From Candidatus Methylomirabilia bacterium (GTDB lineage: Bacteria > Methylomirabilota > Methylomirabilia > Rokubacteriales > CSP1-6): DNA of 64,000 bases. The notes under the pieces were generated by a model. That model saw nothing but the letters and a program-made list of their open reading frames with translations. It was not told the origin of the DNA and did not search any database. Below, piece after piece: positions 55,358 to 64,000 of this stretch; the stretch's first letter is position 1; every line of letters starts with the position of its first letter. Location: positions 31,902 to 95,901 of the forward strand of contig JBGPTW010000004.1 of the NCBI GenBank assembly GCA_041490825.1. Reading direction: 5' to 3'. A program made the position numbers and the translations under genes.

Positions 55358-56329
55358 ATGACTGCATGGACCGTCGACTCATCGCTGACTACGACGTTCG
55401 AGCTCGAGTATGGCGCCTCCGAAGCCGACCTCCGGCGGCTCTACGAGAACGCCAAGCGTGACCAGTGGAACGCCTCGCGTGACATCGACTGGTCGGCGCC
55501 CGCCTCGCCGGATGGTCGGATCATCGCGGACGAGCTCATCGACATGTACGGCAGTCCGCTCTGGGAGCGCCTGCCGGAAGCGGAACGCGTTGCGCTGAAC
55601 CGGCGGATCGCAGCCTGGCGGCTGTCGGTGCTCATGTACGGCGAGCAGGGCGCGCTGCTCGCCTGCAGCCAGCTCGTCGACCTGGTCGCCGGCACCGATC
55701 TGAAGTTCTTCCAGGCGACCCAGGTGGTCGACGAGGCCCGGCACAACGAGGTGCTCGCACGGTATCTCAGCGAGCGGCTGGGCGGCCTCACGTATCCCAT
55801 GCCCGTGAACGAGCGCGATCTCTTCACGTCCATCCTGGGCGAGTCGAAATGGTATCTGAAAACGATCGCGCTCCAGCTCGTGGCCGAGACGTTCGCGGTG
55901 TCGCTCTTCCGCATGATGGCCGAGAGCGCGCGCGATCCGGTGCTCGGCGAGATCTGCAAGCGCATCCTGCTCGACGAGTCCCGGCACATGGGCTTCGGCA
56001 TGCTGTCCCTGCCGACAGTCGTGCGCGAGTCATCCGAGGCCGAGCGGCGCGAGCTCGAAGACTACACGGTGTTCGCGCTCGAGAAGACGCTGACCGGGTT
56101 CTTCCCGCTGGAGGCGTATCAGGACATGGGCTGGAGCAAAAGCGAGATCGACGAGGTCCAGCGGTACCGGCGCGCGACGGCCGCCCACAACGACTACGCG
56201 CCGTTCCGCAAACACTTCAAGCGCGACATGCACGGCTCGATGGTCCAGAATCTCTCTCGCATCGGACTCCTCACCGAGCGCGTGCGCCCGCGCCTCGAAA
56301 CGTTCGGGATCACGCTGCCGGCCGCGTGA
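55358..56329 (+). CDS. Ferritin-like diiron-carboxylate oxygenase (AurF / diiron-oxygenase family).
   Basis: Two ExxH-type diiron motifs (VVDEARHNE and LLDESRHMG) in a helical ~320 aa protein. Confidence 0.55.
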   Translation: MTAWTVDSSLTTTFELEYGASEADLRRLYENAKRDQWNASRDIDWSAPASPDGRIIADELIDMYGSPLWERLPEAERVALNRRIAAWRLSVLMYGEQGALLACSQLVDLVAGTDLKFFQATQVVDEARHNEVLARYLSERLGGLTYPMPVNERDLFTSILGESKWYLKTIALQLVAETFAVSLFRMMAESARDPVLGEICKRILLDESRHMGFGMLSLPTVVRESSEAERRELEDYTVFALEKTLTGFFPLEAYQDMGWSKSEIDEVQRYRRATAAHNDYAPFRKHFKRDMHGSMVQNLSRIGLLTERVRPRLETFGITLPAA

Positions 56330-56780
56330 CGGGCCCGAGCAGCTCGCCGAGGCGGAGAACGCGGTAGTCCCACACCGCCTCGAGCTTGCGCCGCGCGAAG
56401 AGTGCGTGCGCCAGGTCTCCCACAGGCCCGAACGGCAGCTCGTAGGTGACCCGGTCCTCGATGCGCGTTCCGCCGTCAACCTCCATGAACATGTGACGAT
56501 GCTCCCAGCGCGCCAGCGGTCCGCGGACCTGCACGTCGACGAAGCGATGCGGCGGATCGAACTCACGGACGAGCGCGCGCCAGCGCGCGCGGATGCCACG
56601 CCACGAGATCTGAAAGTCGAGGACGGTGCCGGCGACCATGCCGGCACCGGGCGCGTCTAACGTCAACGTGAGCTCCGGCGGTGTCAGCAGGGCGAGATTG
56701 CTCGGGTCGGCGAAGAAGGCGAAGACCTCGACACGCGGCCGGGGCAACCACAACCGCGCCTCGAAGACGTAACCGCTCAT
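56310..56780 (-). CDS. SRPBCC (polyketide cyclase/dehydrase-like, START/Bet v1 fold) protein.
   Basis: 156 aa with the typical SRPBCC pattern (FFADPSNLALLTP...WEHRHMF). Confidence 0.55.
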   Translation of the reverse strand: MSGYVFEARLWLPRPRVEVFAFFADPSNLALLTPPELTLTLDAPGAGMVAGTVLDFQISWRGIRARWRALVREFDPPHRFVDVQVRGPLARWEHRHMFMEVDGGTRIEDRVTYELPFGPVGDLAHALFARRKLEAVWDYRVLRLGELLGPVTRPAA

Positions 56781-56803
56781 GACGCGAGCGCTATCATAGG
56801 CGG

Positions 56804-57733
56804 GTGCCCTCGCTCGGTCAAACCCGCGCCTACGTGGCGCTGGTGCTCATCGTCGTCCTCTGGGCCAGCTATCCCGCCATGGCGAAGCTCGCGCTTCGTG
56901 ATTTCCCTCCGTTCTTCCTCGCCGTCACCCGCTGTGTGATCGCGTCGACATTCCTGGTCGCCGTGCTCGCTCGCGCGCCGACGCGACCACTGCAGAGCCT
57001 GTCTCCATCCGCGCTTCCCGCGTTCTTCGTGCTCGGCCTCGCCGGCATCTGGATCTCGATGCAGTTCACCTATGTGGCGATCTATTACACGACGGCGGGC
57101 AATGCCGTAATTCTCCAGGCGGCGACCCCGGTGACGGTGGCGCTCGGTGCACGGCTGTATCTGGGTGAGCGGCTTCAGCGGGCGCAGTGGTTTGGCGTCG
57201 GTGTCTCGGCCTTCGGCGTGCTGCTGGTGATCACGAAGGGACATCTGGCGCTCCTCCGCCCGGAAGAGGTACATGTCGGCGATCTGATCACGCTCGTCTC
57301 GTTGATAGGCTGGACCGCGTACACCGTATACGGGACGCGACTCCTCGCCGTCCACTCGCCGGAGCTCGCCACGACCGCCGCCTACGTGCTGGGCACGCTG
57401 CTGCTGATCCCGACGGCGGCGCTGACCGCGCCGCTCTACCCTGCCCCACGGCTCGGCTCGCTCGTCGCGTGGACCGTCGTGCTCTATCAGGCCATCTTCG
57501 GCGCCGTCGCGCACCTGTGGTGGTATCGAGCGGTCCGCGTCATCGGGCCGAGCCGTTCCGCGATGTTCATGAACTTGCAGCCGGTGGTCGGCCTGCTGCT
57601 CGCGCACGCGGTGCTCGGGGAGGTGATCGGCTTCTGGCAGGTTGCCGGCGCCGCGTTCGTGCTCGGCGGCGTGGCCCTGACGACGCGCGCGCGGGGCCGA
57701 GCGGCCAGCCCCGCGCGCGACTCCGTCAGCTGA
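56804..57733 (+). CDS. DMT-superfamily (EamA) transporter.
   Basis: 10 TM helices, two EamA repeats. Confidence 0.8.
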   Translation: MPSLGQTRAYVALVLIVVLWASYPAMAKLALRDFPPFFLAVTRCVIASTFLVAVLARAPTRPLQSLSPSALPAFFVLGLAGIWISMQFTYVAIYYTTAGNAVILQAATPVTVALGARLYLGERLQRAQWFGVGVSAFGVLLVITKGHLALLRPEEVHVGDLITLVSLIGWTAYTVYGTRLLAVHSPELATTAAYVLGTLLLIPTAALTAPLYPAPRLGSLVAWTVVLYQAIFGAVAHLWWYRAVRVIGPSRSAMFMNLQPVVGLLLAHAVLGEVIGFWQVAGAAFVLGGVALTTRARGRAASPARDSVS

Positions 57734-58202
57734 GCTTCTTGACCTCGGCGAGGATCTTGTCGGGGTCCGGCAATTCACCCTTGCCGTACCGCTCGACGAA
57801 GGCGACCTTGCCGTTCTTGTCGATGATGAACGTGGCGCGGCTGTTGGCGTTCCAGTCCTGCCAGTACACGCCGTAATCCCGGGCCACGCTCCGGTGCACG
57901 TCGGACAGCAGGGGATAGTTGCTGATGCCGACCGACTTCGCCCAGTTCTCGTGACTGAACGGACTGTCCGTGCTGATACCCAGCACCTGGGTATTGGCCG
58001 CCTCGAAATCGCGCACGCGCTTATCGAAGGCGGGCATGCACTTGCTTCAGCCCGGTGTCCAGTCCAGCGGGTAGAACAGCACGACGACGTTCTTCCCGCG
58101 ATAATCCCGCAGGCCGACCTCTTTGAGCCCGATCGACTTCAGCGTGAAGTCGGGAGCCGGATCGCCCGCGTTGAGGGTCTTTCCGTCCGCGACAGTGCTC
58201 AC
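57726..58202 (-). CDS. bcp: Bcp/PrxQ-type peroxiredoxin with an in-frame TGA (58047-58049) at the peroxidatic Cys position. Candidate selenocysteine-containing Prx, or alternatively a TGC->TGA nonsense pseudogene.
   Basis: GTG start at 58202 (SD GGGGA; overlaps the MBL stop as GTGA). The translation reads ...GKNVVVLFYPLDWTPG-[TGA]-SKCMPAFDKRVRDFEAANTQVLGISTDSPFSHENWAK..., which lines up with the E. coli Bcp consensus (YFYPKxxTPGCTxxAC...VxGISxDxP), with TGA in the Cp position. Confidence 0.6.
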
Positions 58203-59125
58203 TCGAAGTGTCCCCCTTTCGCTGATTTGGGAGGTGTGCGCGTCATGATAGCACGCGATGTTCCGGCCCTCGCGGGTGGCTTGCGGGTGGCGCCCGACAG
58301 CGATGGCCGGCGGCTCTCCAGCGGCGCCTCGGGGAGCCCGAGAAAGCCGGCGGCAGTGGTCACACGCCCCGTGTCCCAGAGCCGGGCGAAGCGTTCCGCC
58401 GCCCGCACGTCACGAAGCGCGTGGTGATCCATGACGACGCGGCACCCGGTGCTGTCGATGATCTTCATGAGGTTGTCGATGCCGCGATCGATCAGGGCGG
58501 TGCCGACCTCGTGCTCGATGTACGACGGCGGCCCGGACAGATAGAGGAGCGTCGGACGCTCCTGGATGAGATACGCCGTCGCCACGGCCGAGAGCGGGCC
58601 CTGCACGTCGGAGGCGAACACGAACCGCTCGCGCTCCAGCGTGTCCGCGATCGTCAGCGCCACCACGTACCCCAGTGCCGTGCCTTCGACGCCATGCGCG
58701 AGCGGCGCCGAGACTCGTAGCTCGAGCGGCGGCTCGCGATGGCTCATGCCGTCGGCGCTGTCCAGTCGTGCCTGCCCGGACAGCGTCCTGCGCAGCGCCG
58801 CGGCCCGCTTCGCCTGGAGCCCGTTCACCATACGCTGCGGATCCTTCGCGAGCACTCGCCGGCCGGCGTAGGTCGCCGGGTCGGAACGAAAATGGTCCTC
58901 GTGGTAGTGGCTGACGAAGATGAACTGCGCGCGCTCGGCGTAGGCCGAGATGCGATCATTGGCGCGGCGAAACGCTTCCCACTCCTGATCGCTCGGTGGC
59001 AAGCCGAACCGGGACGGCGCGAGCGTCGCGCCGGGATCGATCAAGATCCCGGTTCCGGCGACCTCCACGTACGTGGCCATGGAGCGCACGCCGAGCGAAT
59101 CGGCGGCGAGCGGAACGATGTTCAT
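58199..59125 (-). CDS. MBL-fold metallo-hydrolase.
   Basis: VSHYHEDH (HxHxDH) zinc-binding motif. Confidence 0.7.
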   Translation of the reverse strand: MNIVPLAADSLGVRSMATYVEVAGTGILIDPGATLAPSRFGLPPSDQEWEAFRRANDRISAYAERAQFIFVSHYHEDHFRSDPATYAGRRVLAKDPQRMVNGLQAKRAAALRRTLSGQARLDSADGMSHREPPLELRVSAPLAHGVEGTALGYVVALTIADTLERERFVFASDVQGPLSAVATAYLIQERPTLLYLSGPPSYIEHEVGTALIDRGIDNLMKIIDSTGCRVVMDHHALRDVRAAERFARLWDTGRVTTAAGFLGLPEAPLESRRPSLSGATRKPPARAGTSRAIMTRTPPKSAKGGHFE

Positions 59126-59261
59126 GCGGTCTCGCCCGCGAACCGCGCCGCACGAACCTGGCGGTGAGGTCCGGGGGCGGTCGCCTCGGGTCTGTGCGCG
59201 AGGACGCGGGGGCCGCGTCCGGCGGCGGTCGAACCGTCTTCGACGACCGCGACCCTATCTC

Positions 59262-60023
59262 TCAGATGCATCGGCCGCCGTCGACTTCGATGCACGTGCC
59301 GGTGATCATCGCCGCGTCGTCGGACGCGAGGAAGACGGCGGCCCGCGCGAGATCTTCGGGCTGGTTCAGGCGCCCCAGCGGAATCGTCGCGATGTAGCGG
59401 GCGCGGCTCTCCGCATCCACTTCCTTCCGGTTCATGAACGTGGGAAGCATCGGCGTCTCGGTCGCCACCGGCGCGATGGCGACGACCCGGACGCCGTACG
59501 GCGCCGCTTCGAGGGCCAGCGCTTTCGTCAACGTCACCACGGCGCCCTTGGACGCGGCGTACGTCTGGCCGCCAGGCCGTGGCCGGATGGCCGACGTCGA
59601 TGCCGTGACGAGAAAAACGCCGCGCTTCTGGCGCTTCATGACCGGCAGCGCGTGCTTGGCGCCAAGCCAGACGCCTTTCACGTTGACGGCCATGATCCGG
59701 TCGAACACCGCCTCGTCGACCTCCTCGATGTCCGTCTTCCACTGCGGCACGCCGGCGTTCGCGAAGAAGACGTCCAGCCGTCCCCACAGCGCCAGTGCGC
59801 GTTCCACGGCAGCCTGATTGTCTGCGCCGCGAGTGACGTCGGCGTGCACCGCCACCGCCTGGCCGCCCCCGTGCTCGATCCGCTCGACGATGGCCTTCGC
59901 GTTCGCGTCATTCACATCCGCGACGACCACGCGAGCGCCTTCTGCTGCCATCGCCAGCGCGGACGCCGCTCCGATGCCCGATCCCGCGCCCGTGATCAGC
60001 GCGACCCGATCTCTCAGCCTCAT
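59262..60023 (-). CDS. SDR-family oxidoreductase.
   Basis: ALITGAGSGIGAASA, NAGV, and YAASKGAV (YxxxK). Confidence 0.85.
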   Translation of the reverse strand: MRLRDRVALITGAGSGIGAASALAMAAEGARVVVADVNDANAKAIVERIEHGGGQAVAVHADVTRGADNQAAVERALALWGRLDVFFANAGVPQWKTDIEEVDEAVFDRIMAVNVKGVWLGAKHALPVMKRQKRGVFLVTASTSAIRPRPGGQTYAASKGAVVTLTKALALEAAPYGVRVVAIAPVATETPMLPTFMNRKEVDAESRARYIATIPLGRLNQPEDLARAAVFLASDDAAMITGTCIEVDGGRCI

Positions 60024-60129
60024 GCGTGCCTCCTAGGAGCCTGTCGGAGTATCGAGGCGGGCGCCGGGTTTCCCGGCGACCGGCGAGCGTATGGGGGTCT
60101 GGTGGCCTTCGAGGCCCCCAGCTCACTGG

Positions 60130-61152
60130 TCACAGGATCAGCTCCGCCACCGCACGGAGCCCATTCACATCGCCGGACAGCATCATCGTCGTCACGCCTG
60201 ACGCCGTCCACTCGGCGAGACGCTCGCGGATGCGCTCGCGTGGCCCGCAGAGGGCGACCTCGTCGACCAGATCGTCCGGCACCGCCGCGGCAGCCTCGTC
60301 CTTCTTCCCCGAGAGATAGAAGTCCTGCACGCTCCGCGCGGCCGCTTCGTATCCGTAGCGCTGCGCGAGCTCGTTGTAGAAATTCTTGCCGCGCGCCCCC
60401 ATGCCGCCCACGTACAGGGCCAGCCGGCTCTTGACCGCCGCTCGGCACGCATTGACGTCGTCGCCGACGACGACTGCCACGCTCGGCATGACGTCGAAGC
60501 GCTCTCGGCGACGCGGCCCCGCCGCGCGGAACCCGTCGTCCAGCCAGCCCTGAAACATCTTCATGCGGCGCGGGGAGAAGAAGATCGGGATCCAGCCGTC
60601 CGCGATCTCCGCCGCGAGCGCCACGTTCTTCGGCCCGATGGCCGCCAGATAGACCGGCAGGTCGGCCCGTCCGTGGAGAATCGACTTCAGCGGCTTGCCG
60701 AGCCCCGTGGCCGCCGGACCGGCGTACGGGATCTGATAGTACTCGCCGTGGTACTCGAGCGGCTTGTCCCGCTTCAAGATCGCGCGGACGATCTCGACGT
60801 ACTCGCGCGTCTTCGCAAGGGGCTTGCCGAATGGCTGACCGTGCCAGCCCTCGGCCACTTGCGGTCCGGACACGCCAAGCCCGAGCCGGAACCGCCCGCC
60901 CGACAGCGCGTCGAGCGTCATCGCGGTCATCGCTGTCATCGCGGGCGTGCGCGCCGGAATTTGCATGATCGCGGTACCGACGTGGAGCCGTGACGTGCTC
61001 GCCGCGATCCAGGCGGCCGGCGAGACGGCGTCGGACCCGTAGGCTTCAGCCGTCCAGATCGAATCGAAACCAAGGCGCTCGACCTCTCGGACCTTGTCGA
61101 GATCGAGGCGGATGCTTGCGCCCGAGTAGGTCAGATGCAGGGCCAGTCTCAT
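60130..61152 (-). CDS. LLM-class (luciferase-like) flavin/F420-dependent oxidoreductase.
   Basis: [11 protein letters not shown] start with SD GGGAGG. TIM-barrel LLM motifs. Contains a 3x 9-bp tandem repeat ([10 protein letters not shown]). Confidence 0.8.
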   Translation of the reverse strand: MRLALHLTYSGASIRLDLDKVREVERLGFDSIWTAEAYGSDAVSPAAWIAASTSRLHVGTAIMQIPARTPAMTAMTAMTLDALSGGRFRLGLGVSGPQVAEGWHGQPFGKPLAKTREYVEIVRAILKRDKPLEYHGEYYQIPYAGPAATGLGKPLKSILHGRADLPVYLAAIGPKNVALAAEIADGWIPIFFSPRRMKMFQGWLDDGFRAAGPRRRERFDVMPSVAVVVGDDVNACRAAVKSRLALYVGGMGARGKNFYNELAQRYGYEAAARSVQDFYLSGKKDEAAAAVPDDLVDEVALCGPRERIRERLAEWTASGVTTMMLSGDVNGLRAVAELIL

Positions 61153-61480
61153 GGGCTGCCTCCCTTCCGTCCCAGCGATGGCGTCGCAGGGGGACGCGTC
61201 CGTTCCGTAATCGGATGCCTTCGCGCTCCAGCAAGAGACGCTGTGTCAGCATGCCGCTCGCCCGGGCGCGCCGGCTGATACGTCCTGCGGCATTCACGAC
61301 GCGATGCCACGGCACGCCGACGGGGCACCGTCGCATCGCACCACCGACGGCGCGCGCCGCGCGCGGGTGATCGAGCAGCACGGCAAGCTGGCCGTACGTC
61401 GCCACCTCTCCCTTCGGAATCAGCCGCACCAGGCTCCACACGCGCTCGGCGAAGCTGACGGCGCGCGTCGCCTCGCGCCA
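61046..61480 (-). CDS. atl: Alkyltransferase-like protein (ATL; MGMT fold with Trp replacing the acceptor Cys).
   Basis: ...[24 protein letters not shown]...[13 protein letters not shown]...LRRHRWDG, with PWHRV instead of PCHRV. The start is uncertain. The frame runs about 40 codons past the conserved end and overlaps the LLM start. Confidence 0.5.
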   Translation of the reverse strand, partial: WREATRAVSFAERVWSLVRLIPKGEVATYGQLAVLLDHPRAARAVGGAMRRCPVGVPWHRVVNAAGRISRRARASGMLTQRLLLEREGIRLRNGRVPLRRHRWDGREAAHETGPASDLLGRKHPPRSRQGPRGRAPWFRFDLDG

Positions 61481-61481
61481 C

Positions 61482-63338
61482 TCAGCTCTTGCTGCCACCG
61501 ACCTGCAGCTCGTGAAACCGCGCGTACACCCCGCCCGCGGCCAGAAGCTCCGCATGCGTGCCCTGTTCGTGGATCCGTCCACCGTGCAGCACCAGGATGC
61601 GGTCGGCCGCCTGGATGGTCGAGAGCCGATGGGCGATGGTCACGGTCGTGCGCTCCATCAAGAGCCGCCGCATCGCCTCCTGGATCAGTGACTCCGATTC
61701 GGGATCGACGCTGGACGTCGCTTCGTCGAGGACGAGGATTGCGGGATTGTACACAAGGGCGCGCGCGATGGCCAGGAGCTGGCGCTGTCCGTGCGAGATG
61801 TTCGCGGCGCGCTCGCTCAGCTCCTCGCCGAGGCCGCGCGGCAAGCGTCCGATGAACGTGTCCGCGTTGGCCAGCCGTACGGCACGCTCGAGATCGGCGA
61901 CCCCCACGTCGCCGTCGACGCCGAGCCGCAGATTCGATGCGACGCTGCCCGTGAAGAGCACCGTGTCCTGGAACACGATGCCCACCCGGCGACGCAGCCG
62001 GCCGAGATCCCATTCGCGGACGTCGACGCCGTCGATCATCACGCGACCGCGCGTCACGTCGTAGAAGCGGCCGAGCAGGCGCGCGCAGGTGCTCTTGCCT
62101 TCACCGGTCACGCCCACGATCGCGACGTGCTCACCGGCCGCCACCGTGAACGAGCAATCGCGCAACACCCACTGCTCGTCGTCGTAGGCGAACCAGACGG
62201 ACGTGAATGCGATCGCCGGAGCGCCCGGCTCTGGCGCCGGCTGTCGCGCCGGCGATGGTGACGCGATCGCTGGCGCTTCCTCGAGGAGGCCGAAGATCCG
62301 CTCGGCCGAGGCCATCGCCGCCTGCATCACCGTGTACTTCGCGCCCAGATCGCGGATCGGCAAGAAGAAGCGGTTGGTGTACTGGATGAACGCCACGAGC
62401 GCGCCGAAGGACAGCGCGCCGGCCGCGATCTCGTGCCCGCCGTACCAGAGCAGGCCGGCGAGCGCGATGGAGCCGAGGGCTTCCACGGACGCATAGAGCG
62501 ACGCCTCGTAGATCGTCGAGCCGAAGAGCGCGCGACGGTAGGCGTGCGTGAGCCGGGCGAATGCCTGGCGCTCGTGACGCTCGCGCGCGAAGAGCTGGAT
62601 GACCGCCATGCCCTGGAGCGACTCCTGCAGGAATCCGTTCAGCATCGCGAGGTGGCGGCGGACGTCCCGGTACGCGTCGCGCGCACGCACGCGGAAGAAG
62701 GCCGCGGCGACCGTCAACACCGGAACGATCGCGAACGTCACCAGCGCGAGGCGCCAGTCCATCCACAGCATGATGGCGACGACGCCCGCCAGCGTGACGA
62801 CGTCGGCCACCATGGCGAAGAGCCCGCTCGTCACGGCGTCGTTCACGGTGTCGACGTCGTTCAGGACTCTCGTCATCAGTCGCCCGACGGGGGTTCGATC
62901 GAAGAAGCGCGCTTCCAGCCGAAGCAGATGACCGAAGAGCGCCGCGCGGAGATCGTGCACCAGCCGCTGCCCCGTCAGGTTCATCAGGTACGCCTCCACG
63001 GCGCGGAGACCGTAGAGCGCGGCCAGGACGACCACGTAGACGCCGGCGACCGCGGAGAGGCCCGCCCAGTCGCCGACGAGGATATGACGGTCGATCGCAA
63101 CCTTCAGGAGGTACGGCTGCGACAGCTCGAGCGCCGAGATCACCGGGAACAGCAGGGTCGAGTAGACGATCAGCCGGCGATGTGGGCCCGCGGCGTCCCA
63201 CAGTCGCGCGATCAGACGGCGATCGAACGCGCGGCCAAGGACCTCGTCGTGGGTCTCAGGAGGCACGCGCAATCTCCTCCTCGAGCTGCTGGATCCGCCA
63301 CAAGCGGGCGTAGAGTCCGCCCTGCGCGAGCAGCGCAT
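61482..63338 (-). CDS. ABC exporter, fused TMD-NBD (MsbA/type I exporter half-transporter).
   Basis: 6-TM domain, Walker A GVTGEGKST, signature ISHGQRQLLAIARAL, Walker B LVLDEATSSVD. Confidence 0.85.
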   Translation of the reverse strand: MRCSRRADSTPACGGSSSSRRRLRVPPETHDEVLGRAFDRRLIARLWDAAGPHRRLIVYSTLLFPVISALELSQPYLLKVAIDRHILVGDWAGLSAVAGVYVVVLAALYGLRAVEAYLMNLTGQRLVHDLRAALFGHLLRLEARFFDRTPVGRLMTRVLNDVDTVNDAVTSGLFAMVADVVTLAGVVAIMLWMDWRLALVTFAIVPVLTVAAAFFRVRARDAYRDVRRHLAMLNGFLQESLQGMAVIQLFARERHERQAFARLTHAYRRALFGSTIYEASLYASVEALGSIALAGLLWYGGHEIAAGALSFGALVAFIQYTNRFFLPIRDLGAKYTVMQAAMASAERIFGLLEEAPAIASPSPARQPAPEPGAPAIAFTSVWFAYDDEQWVLRDCSFTVAAGEHVAIVGVTGEGKSTCARLLGRFYDVTRGRVMIDGVDVREWDLGRLRRRVGIVFQDTVLFTGSVASNLRLGVDGDVGVADLERAVRLANADTFIGRLPRGLGEELSERAANISHGQRQLLAIARALVYNPAILVLDEATSSVDPESESLIQEAMRRLLMERTTVTIAHRLSTIQAADRILVLHGGRIHEQGTHAELLAAGGVYARFHELQVGGSKS

Positions 63339-64000
63339 CGTGGGTGCCGGTCTCCACCACGTGCCCTTCCGCGAGCACCACCACCCGGTCCGCTGCGCGC
63401 GCCGCGCGCAGGCGATGCGTCATGAGCAGCACGGTCCGGGACGCCGTCGCCTCGCGCACGCCGCGGAGGATCTCCTCTTCCGTGGCGCTGTCGACGTTGG
63501 CGAAGAGGTCGTCGAGGATCAGGATGGGCGGCGCACCGGCGAGCGCGCGCGCGAGCGCCACGCGCTGGCGCTGGCCACCGGACAGCGTGAGGCCGCGCTC
63601 GCCCACGACCGTGTCGAGCCCATGCGGCCACGCGTCGATCTCGGACGTGACCGCAGCCGTCGCGAGCGCGCCCCGCGCGTCGTCGCGTCCGATGCCGTCA
63701 CGGACGAGCGTGACGTTGTCGGCGATCGATCGCGAGAAGAGGAACGCTTCCTGGGGGACGTAGCCGAGCGCCGCGCGCAGCGTCGAAGGGTCGACCGTGG
63801 TCACGTCGTGTCCGCCCACGAATACCGTACCCGGTGGCGGATCCCACAACCTGGCCACGAGCAGACCGAGCGTGGTCTTGCCGCTTCCCGTCGGCCCGAC
63901 GACCGCGACGGTCTCGCGCTCGGCCACCGCGAAGCTCACATCGCGCAGCACCGGAATTCCATCGTACGCGAACGTCAGATGCTCGAAGCGGATCGCGGAG
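63256..64000 (-). CDS. ABC exporter NBD (C-terminal part of a second fused TMD-NBD half-transporter). The N-terminus lies beyond the window edge.
   Basis: Walker A GPTGSGKTT, signature LSGGQRQRVALARAL, Walker B LILDDLFANVD. The ORF is open to position 64000. Confidence 0.8.
   Translation of the reverse strand, partial: SAIRFEHLTFAYDGIPVLRDVSFAVAERETVAVVGPTGSGKTTLGLLVARLWDPPPGTVFVGGHDVTTVDPSTLRAALGYVPQEAFLFSRSIADNVTLVRDGIGRDDARGALATAAVTSEIDAWPHGLDTVVGERGLTLSGGQRQRVALARALAGAPPILILDDLFANVDSATEEEILRGVREATASRTVLLMTHRLRAARAADRVVVLAEGHVVETGTHDALLAQGGLYARLWRIQQLEEEIARAS

Noticed and set aside
60915-60950. Three tandem copies of a 9-bp unit (gtcatcgcN) inside the LLM oxidoreductase gene, encoding AMTAMTAMT.
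   Set aside because: It is short, in-frame and probably inconsequential. Noted only as a potential slippage site.
1-64000. tRNA (including tRNA-Sec), rRNA, CRISPR arrays, integrons, and toxin-antitoxin or phage structural genes.
   Set aside because: Nothing with cloverleaf potential or rRNA-like conservation was recognised by eye, and there are no repeat-spacer arrays. The absence of selC in this window does not bear on the Sec-Prx hypothesis, since sel genes are usually elsewhere.

Overview
This is a high-GC (about 68%) bacterial chromosomal segment with dense coding on both strands. I found no rRNA, tRNA or CRISPR. It splits into two parts. The left ~25.7 kb is an accessory region scarred by IS remnants and encoding what looks like a dedicated lipid biosynthetic gene cluster. 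Its genes are: an ICMT-type methyltransferase; a UbiA/DPPR-synthase-like prenyltransferase; two DedA/TVP38 membrane proteins; two (possibly three) sulfotransferases plus a CysQ-like PAP phosphatase; an LPLAT acyltransferase fused to a zinc ribbon; a tight fabH-like/ACP/condensation-domain (PapA-like) acyltransferase operon; and a duplicated FAS-II-like elongation module (3 KAS, 2 MaoC dehydratases, 2 FabG reductases, 2 tandem MDR enoyl-reductase-like genes, a second ACP) ending in a large GT-C-like membrane protein. Five IS remnants punctuate this region: an ISAzo13-like fragment, two inverted ISL3 3'-end fragments flanking a 13.4 kb segment, an IS3/IS481-like integrase fragment carrying a palindromic insertion, and IS110 N- and C-terminal pieces about 21 kb apart in opposite orientation. 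The right ~38 kb is mostly housekeeping. It contains: an ECF sigma / anti-sigma / MacAB-TolC operon with a catalytically dead signal-peptidase-like fusion; uvrC; uvrB with an upstream HNH endonuclease; ppx/gppA; cytochrome c; an FprA-type reductase; a CBS protein; an NCS2 permease; class II RNR nrdJ; a second TolC-MacA-MacB system; nth; nfo; a diiron AurF-like oxygenase; SRPBCC; DMT; MBL; SDR; LLM; an alkyltransferase-like (PWHRV) protein; and a heterodimeric ABC exporter pair that runs off the window edge. The most notable single-gene observation is a Bcp/PrxQ-type peroxiredoxin with an in-frame TGA exactly at the peroxidatic cysteine codon, making it a candidate selenoprotein. All calls come from manual reading of the six-frame translations. 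I ran no searches, so every family assignment is by motif and recognition only.
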